A stretch of 63,696 nucleotides of DNA, filler included, from Octopus bimaculoides (lineage: Eukaryota), in NCBI RefSeq assembly GCF_001194135.2. It is 7 parts of 6 records of this genome, joined end to end, with 100 filler letters (N's around TTAATTAATTAA, not from the genome) between each part and the next. Parts side by side here need not be neighbours in the genome. Positions count along the whole stretch, not along the records: positions 1 to 11,479 come from NC_068982.1; positions 11,580 to 32,410 come from NC_068981.1; 5 more parts are not named here. The stretch is one strand, 5' to 3'. The notes under the pieces are model-generated. The model did not search any database, had not been told where the DNA came from, and saw only the letters and a program-made list of their open reading frames with translations. A program made the translations under genes and the position numbers. Below are positions 1 to 13,125 of the stretch, piece after piece (the first letter of the stretch is position 1; each line of letters opens with the position of its first letter).

Positions 1-46
<46 letters not shown>

Positions 47-3000
47 ATATGTGTGTGTGTGTGTATGTATGCGTGCACGTGAGGGGGTATGTTTATGTTT
101 GTGTGCGTTTGTGTGGATAACATTTATATTTCGAGTTAGACTAACATATCTTTGATCATATTAAAATAGCATCAAAATAACCGAACCTTTTTAGTAAATC
201 TCCAAATGTGTTCCTTCGATAAGTGTACCATGGATTTGAAGAGAGTCTTGCCCATCTGTAACAAAGAGCATATGAACAAACACAGAGATTAAATGGAATA
301 TCAGCCTTAAAATATTAGCCTTTCTTAAGGATGGCCTTAAAAGCATCTTATGAGATTATTTAGGCTGGGAATTAAAATCTGTTCAAAATAAAAAAAAGCC
401 AAAATACAGAGAAACGAAAGCATGATTATAAGAAACATATGGATAAGAATATATATTGAGATATGTAAATTAATAAAGGTATCTACGAATATCTCCTTAT
501 CATCGCACAATAAGTATGTCTTTCCACTGAATGGCATGTCAGCTTTGAAGGAGTCCTTGGTTATTGAAATTATTTCTCCTTCATATATAGAGCTGGTTTT
601 AATTACAATTTGGTAATTATAACACAAGTTCTAGAGGTGGAATTTTAATGAATCACGAATTTGTGTTGTATTTAATACACCCCTTTAATATACCGGTCTA
701 AGCTGTTCAAATGGCTTTGGTCACTCTAAGCTATTTCTCATAGCTGATGTTTGTTTAAATCTTGTAAAATACATTTTAGCTGTAGATTTCTGATTTCCTT
801 GTAATATAAATTAAGTACTTCGTTAAAGAACACAAGGAATATTTCGGTATAACGGAGTATAAATTAAGTTAAATTAAAGTGAGCCAAAAAAGAATTTTAT
901 ATACAGAATGAATTTATATACTCTATGAAATTATACCGAAATTATGTTGCACATGATTTACCCTATTTCCTCAATGAGATGATTCATCTCAGATATTGAA
1001 TGTCATATTGCCAAACTAAATCTGAAGACCTCAATTTCAAACCTTATTGAACATGTTAAGAAATAATCTGTCTCTGCATATTCAATATAATATAGTCTCC
1101 GTGTCTTCAATATACTTTGATCTGGATAATCCAACATATTTTCTCGGCTGAAAACTTCATTGTTCGGTTGCTGAACCTGTGTGTTGAACAGCGAGTAAAT
1201 ATTGATAATTGATTTTCAATTGTTCTCAGTTCACGAAACCAGTGAAGTGGGCCGCGGAAGCCGGAGAGATGTGAATAGTTGTTACTGGAAGTATGTGACA
1301 TGGTCGACAAGATATTTCATCGAACAGACTGCAGTATCACTTCAAACCAGTGAAGCGTCGTACAGTCTAGTTATACTCATTACATTTTAGTGATCTTAAG
1401 ATCAACAAAGTGACATTAGAGATATTATGCTTCAAACATTATAACTCATATTTTCTTCACAGTTGACTCTAAAGTTGATTTTATGTCGCGCTTGTGGCCA
1501 GGAAAAGTTTTACATTTCATACAATGCAAAACAGAACATATCAGATAACTTCGAATATTAGCATTATGTTTGAAAATCGATAGACTACAACTACAGAAAT
1601 TTAAAAATACTTCTGATATCAAAACAAACTTTTCATTCACCTTCATTTTAAATTAAATAAAAAAGAAAACTAGAGTGCCTCTAATTACTAATTACGTTGC
1701 TTTTTGGAGAATGCAAGATCTGAGAGATGCATAATAATTATAAGGTCATATATATTTTCATAAGTATTTAAAAATTCAAATACTATTCAATGAAGCACTG
1801 CCGAATGTAAATAGAACAATTTGATATTTCTTATCTTACCCGTATCTATTTGATTTTACATCCAAAATTTCGAATTTTGTATGCAGGTATGTCTATAAAA
1901 GTATTACTCAGTGTTTCTAGGATGATCTTTCAACTATCTCTAACTCTATCTTTTCTTTTTGTTTAGAGAGAGTTTTGTTCTTGAATTCTTACTTTTCAGT
2001 ATACTCTACTGAACATCGTCAACACATTCGTTATAAGACTAGTCATTTCAATATGGAACTCTTCAGTTGGGTACCAAAGATGTTTAAATGTTCTTGAGAA
2101 AATAAATGCTAAACTTACTATTGTTCAACGATCGTTATTAATTAAGTTTTAAACTTATCAATTTATACATATCTCATTAACTTTTTGTAGCAAATATAAA
2201 GGTTTACGATAAATATGAACAATCAATTTTATAAAAAAAATTTGGGGTCATTATTTGAGATTAAATATTAATTACATTACGTATATTACTCACCATCCCT
2301 TTCTTCGTCAGGCATTCTATTGATGTTTCGGGGACTTTTCCACAACCTTTGTCGGAGGTTGGCTATAGAATTGAAATAGCTAAACAACGACAAAAGTAAA
2401 GGAGAAGCAATCGAGAAGCTCATTAGGACTTGCCTGTGCTTATCAGATTGCCTGAACCACAACCAATGAAATGTACAGTCCTCTCCACACCGCTTTAAAC
2501 CTTTACCGCATGACGTTTATTGGGCTCGTCGAAAACATCTCTTATTTATAATCATTTTCAGCAAAGAAAGAAATCCTTCATTTGTATTTTTTCTCTCATA
2601 TGCTGCGTATTATTTTTTGTTGTAATTTTTTTGTTGTGTGTAACATGCAATGAAAATACCACATTTATATAAAATACACCTACAAATATTGATAAGTATT
2701 ATATATAAAGTGCCATGCGGTAAAGCGTAACGAAATTAAGAAGAACATGTTAAATGAATCATATAAGGCCAGGATGTACAAAAATAAAATACGATAAATA
2801 CAAATAAGAATAAAAACATCTACATGACAGAAATATATTTTTAGATATATTTTAGGCGTTCTGCACACAAAATCTAAAATTTAGCGCTTTCTGTCTAGAA
2901 TACATGTTGAAAGAAAGTTTCACAAAGCAGAACGTGACAACATCAATATCATAAAGAAAACGAAAGCATTTTAATCATTAGAATCTGAAATCACGTATAG

Positions 3001-3253
3001 TTCGTAATATTGTATATATATATATATTGTAATGAGTTTATGTGTACAACTTAAATTGTATTTTCCACGAATTTATAAATATTAGAGATTAAATTTCAAA
3101 TTCAGAGGGCATATATTATTTTGAAGTGTTGAAGCTATTTTATTAACTGGGTAAATGGTTTGTAGACCAAGATCTAAAAGCCAGTTATATTCTTATGTAT
3201 GTATTATTGTTTCCACTGTAGGCACAATAGAAGAAATTTTGTGATGAAATGCT

Positions 3254-3412
3254 AGTCGATTAATCAACACAAGTGCTCAACTGCTGTGTATTTTATCGAC
3301 TGCAAAGCGATGAAAGCAGAGCTGGCGTAATTTGAACACATAACCTGAAACCGGAATAATGCCGCTAAGCATTTTGTCCGGTGTGCTAACGATTGTGCTA
3401 GCTAGTCGACTT
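3254..3412 (-). mobile_element. Diverged SINE, family A (GGCGAGCTGGCAGAA...GAGTTCAAAT...TCGATAAAATAAGTACCAG type)
   Basis: Reverse complement aligns by eye to the clearer copies at 9257-9492 and 55257-55480 (gccgctaagcattt, gctaacgatt, tttatcgac). Confidence 0.7.
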
Positions 3413-3805
3413 CTATATACAATATAAATGAATACGTATTTTCAACAATGCAAAACTGTAGTGCACCCATGTCATAAGCGGAGGGACTACAGCTAACTAT
3501 GCTTTCTCGTTTTTAAAATAGTAGGAATTAAATTACATGAAGTTTGGCGGCTTTTTCTAGCAATTACAGCAGCTGTATTGAGGCTTTCACTTCGTCTCCA
3601 AGATTTAACAGCCATTTGTGGTTGGTGTAGCAACAGCGTAGAAGCTACCTCGTTTACACATTCATTGGTATCATTTTATCTAATTGCGCTCTGCTATCTT
3701 TACAGGGGTAATTTGTCTGTATCACTAATTAGCAATGGTATTCATCATTAGTAATATTCTCACCTCAAGAATAATAATAGAATCAATCAATATTATTGCT
3801 TTTTT

Positions 3806-3997
3806 GAAGGTAGTGGATTGACTGAATTTGTACGCAGTAAAATTTAGTTGTGTTGCTTAAAGTTCTGAGTTCGACTCCAGCCAAAGTCAAGTTTGTATTT
3901 CATCCTTCCGAGGTTTATCAAATAAATACCATCAGTTGATCTAATCGGCTGCAGCTATTTTTCACCTTAGCTGGTTTGTGCCAATCTAAGAAATTAT
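3806..3997 (+). mobile_element. Old SINE, family A
   Basis: gttctgagttcgactcc B-box-like motif followed by tttcatccttccgaggtttatcaaataaatacc central domain. Confidence 0.6.
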
Positions 3998-5693
3998 TAC
4001 TAAAGCATAAATCTGCTAACCTTACAAACGTAGACTACATGTACTACGTAGGTGTTTTGTGCATTTATTCCTATCATATATCTTAGCAATATCCTTAGTT
4101 ATATTTTTATATCAAAATTCAAAACATCATTATTGTTATTACTATATCATTCCTGTTATTTCATTATTAATCTTCTTGTCCTATTTGTTAAACTCCAGGT
4201 ACAACCTGATCCTGCAGTACTATGGTCAAACTTTGATCATCTCATATTTTTAGCAGATTTCATGTTCAAAAATCAGGTTCAATGTCACCGTTGTTAGAAA
4301 ATATGACTGATTTCAGAATGAAATTGTTGCTCTTCATAGCAGTTACACTGGCGACAGACTGGATCATTGCATCGGTTTAAATATTGTTTTCAAAATCGTA
4401 TTTCTTCGTGACGAAACTAAATATTGCCAGTGAATATCGACGGAATTAGTTGTAGGATTGTATTGTCATTGAACACAGGTTATTGATCTATTGACACATG
4501 GCATTTCACGATTATTAACCTGTAAGTCATATATTTTCGTTTGTTTTTATTATCTAAAGAATCTGCCATTGAATCAATTACAATAAAACTGCGTCTCTAT
4601 TTATGAACACATGTGTGCATGCAGAAGTAATTATCATGTGAATAACTGCATTGCTGACTGCTTTTCCGCTTAGCTTCTAGACACTAACACTTATGTTAGT
4701 CATGTTCATAACATAAGCTATTCCTGACACTTGATACTTGATATATATGATTATATATATATATAGACATACATACATAGATAGAGAGAGAGAGGGTGAA
4801 AGGGTGAGAGGGTAAGAGAAGGGAAAAGAGTGTTAAGTATATATATGCACATATATGCGCACGTATGACAGAGAATATGTGTTTCTGTGCTTCTATATTT
4901 TCATGGACTCACACACACACAGACAGAAACATATGCATATATATANNNNNNNNNNNNNNNNNNNNNNNNNNNNNNNNNNNNNNNNNNNNNNNNNNNNNNN
5001 NNNNNNNNNNNNNNNNNNNNNNNNNNNNNNNNNNNNNNNNNNNNNNNNNNNNNNNNNNNNNNNNNNNNNNNNNNNNNNNNNNNNNNNNNNNNNNNNNNNN
5101 NNNNNNNNNNNNNNNNNNNNNNNNNNNNNNNNNNNNNNNNNNNNNNNNNNNNNNNNNNNNNNNNNNNNNNNNNNNNNNNNNNNNNNNNNNNNNNNNNNNN
5201 NNNNNNNNNNNNNNNNNNNNNNNNNNNNNNNNNNNNNNNNNNNNNNNNNNNNNNNNNNNNNNNNNNNNNNNNNNNNNNNNNNNNNNNNNNNNNNNNNNNN
5301 NNNNNNNNNNNNNNNNNNNNNNNNNNNNNNNNNNNNNNNNNNNNNNNNNNNNNNNNNNNNNNNNNNNNNNNNNNNNNNNNNNNNNNNNNNNNNNNNNNNN
5401 NNNNNNNNNNNNNNNNNNNNNNNNNNNNNNNNNNNNNNNNNNNNNNNNNNNNNNNNNNNNNNNNNNNNNNNNNNNNNNNNNNNNNNNNNNNNNNNNNNNN
5501 NNNNNNNNNNNNNNNNNNNNNNNNNNNNNNNNNNNNNNNNNNNNNNNNNNNNNNNNNNNNNNNNNNNNNNNNNNNNNNNNNNNNNNNNNNNNNNNNNNNN
5601 NNNNNNNNNNNNNNNNNNNNNNNNNGGGGGGACAAACACACACATACAAACATATACACACACATACATATATATATGTATATATACATATAT

Positions 5694-5857
5694 ACGACGG
5701 GCTTCTTTCAGTTTCCGTCTACCAAATCCACTCACAAGGCATTGGTCGGCCCAAGGCTATAGTAGAAGACACTTGCCCAAGATGCCACGCAGTGGGACTG
5801 AACCCAGAACCATGTGGTAGGTAAGCTAGCTACTTATCACACAGCCACTCCTACGCC
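5694..5857 (-). mobile_element. tRNA-derived SINE, family B (GGCGYAGGAGTGGCTGTG...CTTGGGCAAGTGTCTTCT type), 5' part
   Basis: Minus strand has A-box TGGCTGTG, B-box GGTTCAGTCCC and the CTTGGGCAAGTGTCTTCTACTATAGCC body; homologous to 28262-28597 and 49105-49240. Confidence 0.85.
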
Positions 5858-6457
5858 TTGTCTTTTAATTTTAAACAATTTATGAAATCAAGAAGCTAAA
5901 TTTATAATACGAGTGCGATTAAGCTCCGAAATTGGTTTGAAGCAATATGTAAGGTGTATAACTTCCACATGGTTTCAAGACTGTTGAATAATTCTAATAC
6001 TGTCTGAAATCCAAATTAGATAATTTATTGTACTAGTCAATACCTTGCGAATCGCCATCTCGTATCTATATGTATATATGAAGTTTCTTCGTATATATTT
6101 GTAGGTTAGTAAGTAATAGTAATCCTATGATATTTTTATCACATGTATTCTAATCATGTGTGTGATTGTCTTCTTCACCCGCATAATTTCACCTGCTGAG
6201 TTAAAACTAGCGTTATAGCATGCAACGAATTTTCGTAGAAGGCTTTTGACCTTTTGTATGTGATTTATATGATGTCTGTTGTTACTATTTATTTTATTTT
6301 CGTTGCTTAATATAAAATTCTTAGCAATATGTAATAAGAATAGGTCGACGTAATTCACTGCTATAAACGCGTTCACTACGTAGCATCATTTGACTGCTTA
6401 ACATATGGTCACCTATAGAAAGAAATAAAATTCTTTACCTCGATACGTTCACATACG

Positions 6458-6492
<35 letters not shown>

Positions 6493-6538
6493 GCACACAC
6501 ATACACACGTACATACATATGCATCATTATCATATGAT

Positions 6539-6578
<40 letters not shown>

Positions 6579-6595
6579 CATGTATGTGTGTGTAT

Positions 6596-6713
6596 TCGCC
6601 ATGATAGTTCACTAGCCACTATACCTTTTTACCTTTTTCTATTGTCTCACCCTGTTTATTTCTGTGTTCCTTTCTGCCGAAGAGCTTAAGCTCCAAACGT
6701 AAATTACTTTCTC
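6596..6713 (+). mobile_element. Penelope-like terminal (pLTR) fragment with degenerate hammerhead motif
   Basis: ctgccga-a-gagc-ttaa-gctc-caaac-gta at 6674-6701 mirrors the minimal hammerhead CUGANGA/stem II/GAAAC/GUH with two core substitutions; truncated by an N gap. Confidence 0.55.
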
Positions 6714-7112
6714 NNNNNNNNNNNNNNNNNNNNNNNNNNNNNNNNNNNNNNNNNNNNNNNNNNNNNNNNNNNNNNNNNNNNNNNNNNNNNNNNNNNNNNN
6801 NNNNNNNNNNNNNNNNNNNNNNNNNNNNNNNNNNNNNNNNNNNNNNNNNNNNNNNNNNNNNNNNNNNNNNNNNNNNNNNNNNNNNNNNNNNNNNNNNNNN
6901 NNNNNNNNNNNNNNNNNNNNNNNNNNNNNNNNNNNNNNNNNNNNNNNNNNNNNNNNNNNNNNNNNNNNNNNNNNNNNNNNNNNNNNNNNNNNNNNNNNNN
7001 NNNNNNNNNNNNNNNNNNNNNNNNNNNNNNNNNNNNNNNNNNNNNNNNNNNNNNNNNNNNNNNNNNNNNNNNNNNNNNNNNNNNNNNNNNNNNNCATTTT
7101 CTTATACACACA

Positions 7113-7973
7113 CAAGGTGTGGTGAATAAATTGTCGTCTAAATTACGCAAAAATGAAAATAACACTGACATCTCATTTTAATAGATATAGTTACCGAAAT
7201 TACATAAAAATATCTAGAAATACTAAAGCGTAAGTTTATTCAATAAAATCGCCATTGGCTTCAACCACTGCCTCCCGACAACTTCAGAATCTCCTGCAAC
7301 TCTTCTGGAGAGTCTTCTCCTTGTTTAAGTTTGTGAACGCTGCCATAATCCTTGCCTTCAGTTTATCTTTGGTTGTTACAAGGAATTTTTGTAATCAAGG
7401 GGGTTGCAGTATAGGGAGTTAGGTAGCCTGATGTTAGGGGTGATGTCGTCACAAAAATAGTCTGACAACCATGACTAGGTTCTTCGGCTTGTGTGGCATG
7501 GTACAGAGTCCTGTTGCCAGACATAGCGTCTTCAATCAGCCACTCTCTTGACTCAGAGCAGCGCTACCTCTTCCAGGCACTTGATGTAGGCTTCCGTGTT
7601 GAGTGTGAGGCCCTGTGGGAAGATGAGTGCAGGCATATTGTCGCCGTCACTAGTGATAACTTCAAACACCATGACGTTGACTTGATGTTTGATTTCTATC
7701 ACTCACAGTACATGTTTTGGGGACAGAGCAAGCCAACAGTTGTTCTGTGTGTTCACCATCTGTTAGTGTCGGAGCTTCCGGTATGAATGCCAAGCATTAC
7801 TGCAAGTCGCTTCAAGATTTCTACCAGAGTGAATTGCGTCATAGAGCTTGTTTTCTCACAGACGGTACATAACTGACCCTAATATACTGTGTAGTCGACA
7901 AAATCAAAAACACAAAATGTGCATGTACAAAATTAAAAAATATAAAATGACGACAATTTACACATCACACCAT
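7113..7973 (-). mobile_element. Internally deleted Tc1/mariner DD37D (maT-type) transposon with both TIRs
   Basis: Imperfect TIRs ggtgtggtgaataaattgtcgtc (7116-7138) / gacgacaatttacacatcacacc (7949-7971). Minus strand reads MTQFTLVEILKR from ATG 7842, then ...YVWQQDSVPCHTSRRT*SWLSDYFCDDITPNIRLPNSLYCNPLDY, with 37 residues between the two Asp. Stops and deletions present. Confidence 0.9.
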
Positions 7974-8940
7974 ATATATGTGCGTGTGTGTGTATGTATG
8001 TAATGATTAAACAACAAAGAAAAAAATAGACAATTAATTTGATTACCTTCCATCTGTTTCACTTATAACATAAGGATGGCCACAACAGTGGGTGATATGT
8101 AATTTCACTCCCTTGTCACATATTCGGATGTGAAATCACTAAAGTAATAAAATTAACCTGTTCTATTTTCAGTTCTTAATTAATTATTGTCGTTTACATT
8201 ATGATCATACCACCCATCAACCCCCAAACTCTGAATGTATATGGATACGAACATGAATATTTTGTTGCATTCTTGGGAATGATTGTATTGGAGTGTAATG
8301 TAACATATTCAGTTCAAGACATATAATTGTATGTTGTTTTGTGGTGGTGGTGGTGGTGGTGGGGCTTGCATATTAAAGCAAATAATATATACATATACAT
8401 ACACATACATAAATATATATATGTAAANNNNNNNNNNNNNNNNNNNNNNNNNNNNNNNNNNNNNNNNNNNNNNNNNNNNNNNNNNNNNNNNNNNNNNNNN
8501 NNNNNNNNNNNNNNNNNNNNNNNNNNNNNNNNNNNNNNNNNNNNNNNNNNNNNNNNNNNNNNNNNNNNNNNNNNNNNNNNNNNNNNNNNNNNNNNNNNNN
8601 NNNNNNNNNNNNNNNNNNNNNNNNNNNNNNNNNNNNNNNNNNNNNNNNNNNNNNNNNNNNNNNNNNNNNNNNNNNNNNNNNNNNNNNNNNNNNNNNNNNN
8701 NNNNNNNNNNNNNNNNNNNNNNNNNNNNNNNNNNNNNNNNNNNNNNNNNNNTACATATATATACATACATATATACGTATGTATAACATTTGCTTTAATT
8801 ATGATCAATGAAGGGCTATATAAATTGATGTTCCCTTAGATTTAGGAGGGAGAAACATATTTGTAGCTTTCATCTTAAGGGCGTCATGCAACGTGATTAA
8901 ACTCTACACGATTTACAATATTACAATAAAAAGTTCTGAC

Positions 8941-8992
8941 CTCTTATCAACTGCTGTTTCTTCACTGATGTCATCATCTTCACTGAATTCAG
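8941..8992 (-). CDS. Candidate 52-nt internal exon, (A)EFSEDDDISEETAVDK(R); product unknown
   Basis: Strong acceptor ctcatttcttgtttcAG, moderate donor AG|GTCAGA, open frame; no homology recognised. Confidence 0.3.
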
Positions 8993-9256
8993 CTGAAACA
9001 AGAAATGAGATATATTATTGTTATTAAATTATACTAATTCAATTGAAGCACAGCAAGATTAACTTTACGAGTGTTGTTATATCGAAATACACAGGAAATG
9101 CACAAATTCAACACACATTCTAGGTTTATTTCGTTTACTCTGTCACTTCTCTTTAATTATATGTATATATACCCATTCACACATACATACATACATACAT
9201 ACATACATACATACATGTATACATGCATACATGCATATACAGAACTCCCAGACAAC

Positions 9257-9492
9257 AAGGTGGCGAGCTGGCAGAAACGTTAGCACGTCGGGCGAAATGC
9301 TTAGTTGTATTTTGTCTGTCTTTATGTTCTGAGTTCAAATTCCGCCGGGGTCGACTTTGCCTTTCATCCTCTCGGGGTCGATTAAATAGTACTAGTTACG
9401 AACTGGGGTTGATGTAATCGACGTAATCCCTTTGTCTGTCCTTGTTTGTCCCCTCTGTGTGTAACCGCTTGTGGGCAATAAAGAAATAAGAA
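9257..9492 (+). mobile_element. SINE family A, near full length
   Basis: ggcgagctggcagaaacgttagcacg...gagttcaaattccgccggggtcgactttgcctttcatcc...gattaaatagtactag. Confidence 0.9.
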
Positions 9493-10879
9493 CTTCCACA
9501 CACCACCATACAAAAACATATATAATTGTATGTGTAACTGTATGTTCCTGCGGTCCTAGTCTCATTTTTGCGATTATATGTACATAGGCCTAAGGAGATT
9601 CCCACTTTTTGTTCAGTATCCTCATGTTTCCAGTTTACAGACAGTTTAAATTAGTACCAGGTTGAAAAAGTTCTGAAATGAATAAATGGACAAATCTATT
9701 GAATATTTTGTTCCATTATAGGATGGAACCAGTAAAATAAAGATAGCGTTTTTAATATCACAAACCATGAAATCCTGAGATATAGTGTTTACAATATTTT
9801 ATAAATCCTTTCCGCCTATTTTCCTTGTTTACCTTGTGGTAATGGTGTAATAACTTAAGCGGTTTCTAGACCGTTTGGGGTTTATTTCTATCGTACAGGC
9901 GCTGTTGTTTTCAGCGCCCTTGTTATACTTATGTTTTATACTTATACTGAAATATAAATTATCCATTATGGTCTTGATAGTACGCTGACCACTTTTAAAT
10001 TACTAAATACTGGCTTTATTCGAATTATGTATAAATCTATATGTATAGATGTATAGTGAGAGTTTTAGGTATTTATATAAAAAAAAACGGTTGATTATTA
10101 AAATACTGGGCCAACCAGTAATGTTTTAGAGGGTAACATTGTAATATTTCGCAAGGAAAAGGGTTGACAGTGACAACGAAATGTCATTTAACTACCTGCC
10201 ATCAGACCAGCAGACTTTGCTTTAGTTTGATTTGCCAGCTTTCTATATATATATATANNNNNNNNNNNNNNNNNNNNNNNNNNNNNNNNNNNNNNNNNNN
10301 NNNNNNNNNNNNNNNNNNNNNNNNNNNNNNNNNNNNNNNNNNNNNNNNNNNNNNNNNNNNNNNNNNNNNNNNNNNNNNNNNNNNNNNNNNNNNNNNNNNN
10401 NNNNNNNNNNNNNNNNNNNNNNNNNNNNNNNNNNNNNNNNNNNNNNNNNNNNNNNNNNNNNNNNNNNNNNNNNNNNNNNNNNNNNNNNNNNNNNNNNNNN
10501 NNNNNNNNNNNNNNNNNNNNNNNNNNNNNNNNNNNNNNNNNNNNNNNNNNNNNNNNNNNNNNNNNNNNNNNNNNNNNNNNNNNNNNNNNNNNNNNNNNNN
10601 NNNNNNNNNNNNNNNNNNNNNNNNNNNNNNNNNNNNCTTATATATACATATATATTTACATATATATATATATAGGGTTGAGGAGGCTATTGGATTTAAC
10701 CAAACCCAGGGGGATACAGGTAATAACGAGTAAGTGCTGTATATCGACTAGTTTGCCCCAGTCGTTGTATGAACAGGATCGGGTATTACAAGTCTTGTAT
10801 TAGCGTGTGTATATGTAAATATATAAAAACAAAAAGATAAAGAGAGCAAAGGTAAGGTTGGAGAAGTATTTTATGGATA

Positions 10880-11479
10880 GAGTCTTTCAGTTGTTTCTGG
10901 GAAGATCCATATTTTAAAATATAATTCTCCCACTCTACTTAATCGATATAATGAAGCGTTTAGCAACTGCAACCACCGCTCTTTTCACACATTTAGGTTC
11001 TATCACAAGCAAAATTGCACAAACGATCACGCAACATAATCACACAACCCCCACAGGCAAACTATTCAATCTGGTAAAAACATCCATCTTTCACCATCTT
11101 TTGAATAGGATTATTTCCTTTCGTTCATCTCACCACACATATACCACCAAATCTATTTCTTCTATTCTCAAATTCACAAGAAAACCACTTACGCATACAG
11201 ACTACGTCACTTCTTTCAATCCCTTTCCACCGTCTATAAATAGGCTTGGCAGCATCCTAAAATATGATACTACTAACTACCTTTCCCACCCATCCCTTCC
11301 CTTTATCTCTGTCCTTGGTTTATCACTCATACCCCACCACCTATATACTACACACACGCATTCCTTCCTACTCACTAGACCTTTTAACCTCATCCCCCTA
11401 TTCCTCCTTCACTCTATATGCTCATGCTCATACCCTCTACCCTGTTAAGACCAACTGACCATAAATATATCGCTACCAT
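10880..11479 (+). mobile_element. Probable Penelope-like element 3' remnant (GIY-YIG C-terminus plus C/T-rich UTR)
   Basis: Reads KIHILKYNSPTLLNRYNEAFSNCNHRSFHTF, resembling the PLE C-terminal pattern EKxxI...LLNKRxE...CRH. Confidence 0.45.
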
Positions 11480-11579
11480 NNNNNNNNNNNNNNNNNNNNN
11501 NNNNNNNNNNNNNNNNNNNNNNNTTAATTAATTAANNNNNNNNNNNNNNNNNNNNNNNNNNNNNNNNNNNNNNNNNNNN

Positions 11580-11802
11580 GTATTGAAAGTGTTTTGCGTA
11601 GAATGTGTGCAGTGCCCAGTAGTGCAATTTTCTGTATGTTATATATATTTGTAAGTCCTGGTGTTTTTGTTATGTATTTGTCTGAATATTTTTTTATTAT
11701 ACCTAAGGCACCTACTATGATAGGAATTGTTTCTGTTTTTAGATTCCACATTCGAGTTATCTCTATTTCCAGGTCTTTGTATTTTGAAAGTTTTTCCATT
11801 TC
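11580..11802 (-). mobile_element. R4/Dong-clade non-LTR retrotransposon, C-terminal REL-endonuclease fragment
   Basis: EKLSKYKDLEIEITRMWNLKTETIPIIVGALGIIKKYSDKYITKTPGLTNIYNIQKIALLGTAHILRKTLSI, abutting (TAA)n. Confidence 0.85.
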
Positions 11803-11845
<43 letters not shown>

Positions 11846-12021
11846 GCACTAGTGCATGCTAATTTAGTTAGCAGGTATTTTATCTTGAGGTATGGTGACA
11901 ACAAGTCTCCTAAAATCTCAACAATTTTTCTTAGGATTTTTGCAGAATATAGGAGGGTCTTCTTTTGCAGGTTTCCATTCTAATTTCTTTTAGTCTTTTA
12001 GGTAACATTTAAGAAACTGGA
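11846..12021 (-). mobile_element. Second R4/Dong-type 3' end fragment between two (TAA)n tracts
   Basis: Minus strand reads LQKKTLLYSAKILRKIVEI, parallel to IQKIALLGTAHILRKTLSI of the neighbour; short 3' UTR ending in (AAT)n. Confidence 0.65.
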
Positions 12022-12057
<36 letters not shown>

Positions 12058-12234
12058 GAATTGTGCTAACATCATTATTTATCAAACACATAATGAAATT
12101 TCCCTCCTTCATCCTTTTGAAGGTGATAGAATAAAGTACCAGTTAGATGCTTGGATTGATATATTTGCCCATACTGTTCCATCTGAATATGTTCTCTTGT
12201 GCCTATGTTAAGAATCCTTATTAGTGTAATAAAT

Positions 12235-12440
12235 GGCAGAAAAGGTAGATCATAAAAAAAATGCCCCGTGGTGTTAAGTTTCTTCTGTTTCCATCTTAAG
12301 TTCAAATCCCATTGTGATTAAGCTTTGCCTTTCATCCTTCCAGTTTCAATAAATACACAAGTTGTTCTCTCAGTATTCATTTGACTACATCTCTTCCAAA
12401 GTTTGTGGCCTTGTGCCAACGTATGAAATCCTTGTTTATT
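12235..12440 (+). mobile_element. Old SINE family A
   Basis: aagttcaaatccc...ctttgcctttcatccttcc...tttgtggccttgtgcc. Confidence 0.55.
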
Positions 12441-13094
12441 TTTATTACTATTGTTGTAGCTGTTAGTGTTGTTCTTGATATTGATATCTTGTTATTTCTT
12501 CTATTCAAGCTTAATACCTATTGATAGAAAAGATAAAAAAAAGCCTTTGGATTTCAAAGTTGTATGTTGAAGTAAATTAATGAGAACCTCTCTCAAGTGC
12601 TTCAAAGCATCACATTTCATTTGTTGTGAAGTGTTTCAGTTCAAATAGAAACAGTGAAAGTATTGCCTTCAGTTATCATTTAAACAGGTTTTCTTCAATA
12701 AACTTACAATTATTGGATAGAAGAGAGATAAATTAAGTGTTTGGCTCACTTCCCATCAGATGTAGTTTCTATTTACTGTATGTGACACATCTGTTATTAA
12801 CATCCAATTATGGTGACAAAAACACTATGTCTTCACTTACAAAGGTTTTTCTATGTTATTATTACACACTCACATACAACTGTAAGTATGTCTCTTAATA
12901 GAGCTTTCTTCAAAATAATCATTACAACTGTTTACATTTTATTCTTATATTTTACTTTTTTTTATTTCTGTTCTTTTACTTTCACAAACATTTTATAGAC
13001 CCATTGAATTTCATATTGTCCCACTTTCCTCCACCTTGCTTATACATATATATATTTACATATATACATATACATATATTTACATATATATATA

Positions 13095-13125
<31 letters not shown>

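Noticed and set aside
337-627. 96-aa minus-strand ORF
   Set aside because: No recognisable domain or splice context; possibly a transposon relic, but unsupported.
1840-1892. 53-nt minus-strand exon candidate with GTAAGA donor
   Set aside because: Has a stop in the phase needed to follow the 8941 exon; indistinguishable from chance.
2440-2530. CCAAT/TGACGT promoter-like cluster
   Set aside because: Short motifs only, with no linked exon or CpG island.
4855-5824. Long ORFs spanning N runs (here and throughout the ORF track)
   Set aside because: Open only because N translates as X; the flanks are dinucleotide repeats.
11480-11579. TTAATTAATTAA centred in 100-bp N blocks (also 32455, 41916, 49035, 54561, 60893)
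   Set aside because: Identical N44-12mer-N44 format with stops in all frames: an assembly scaffolding marker, not biology.
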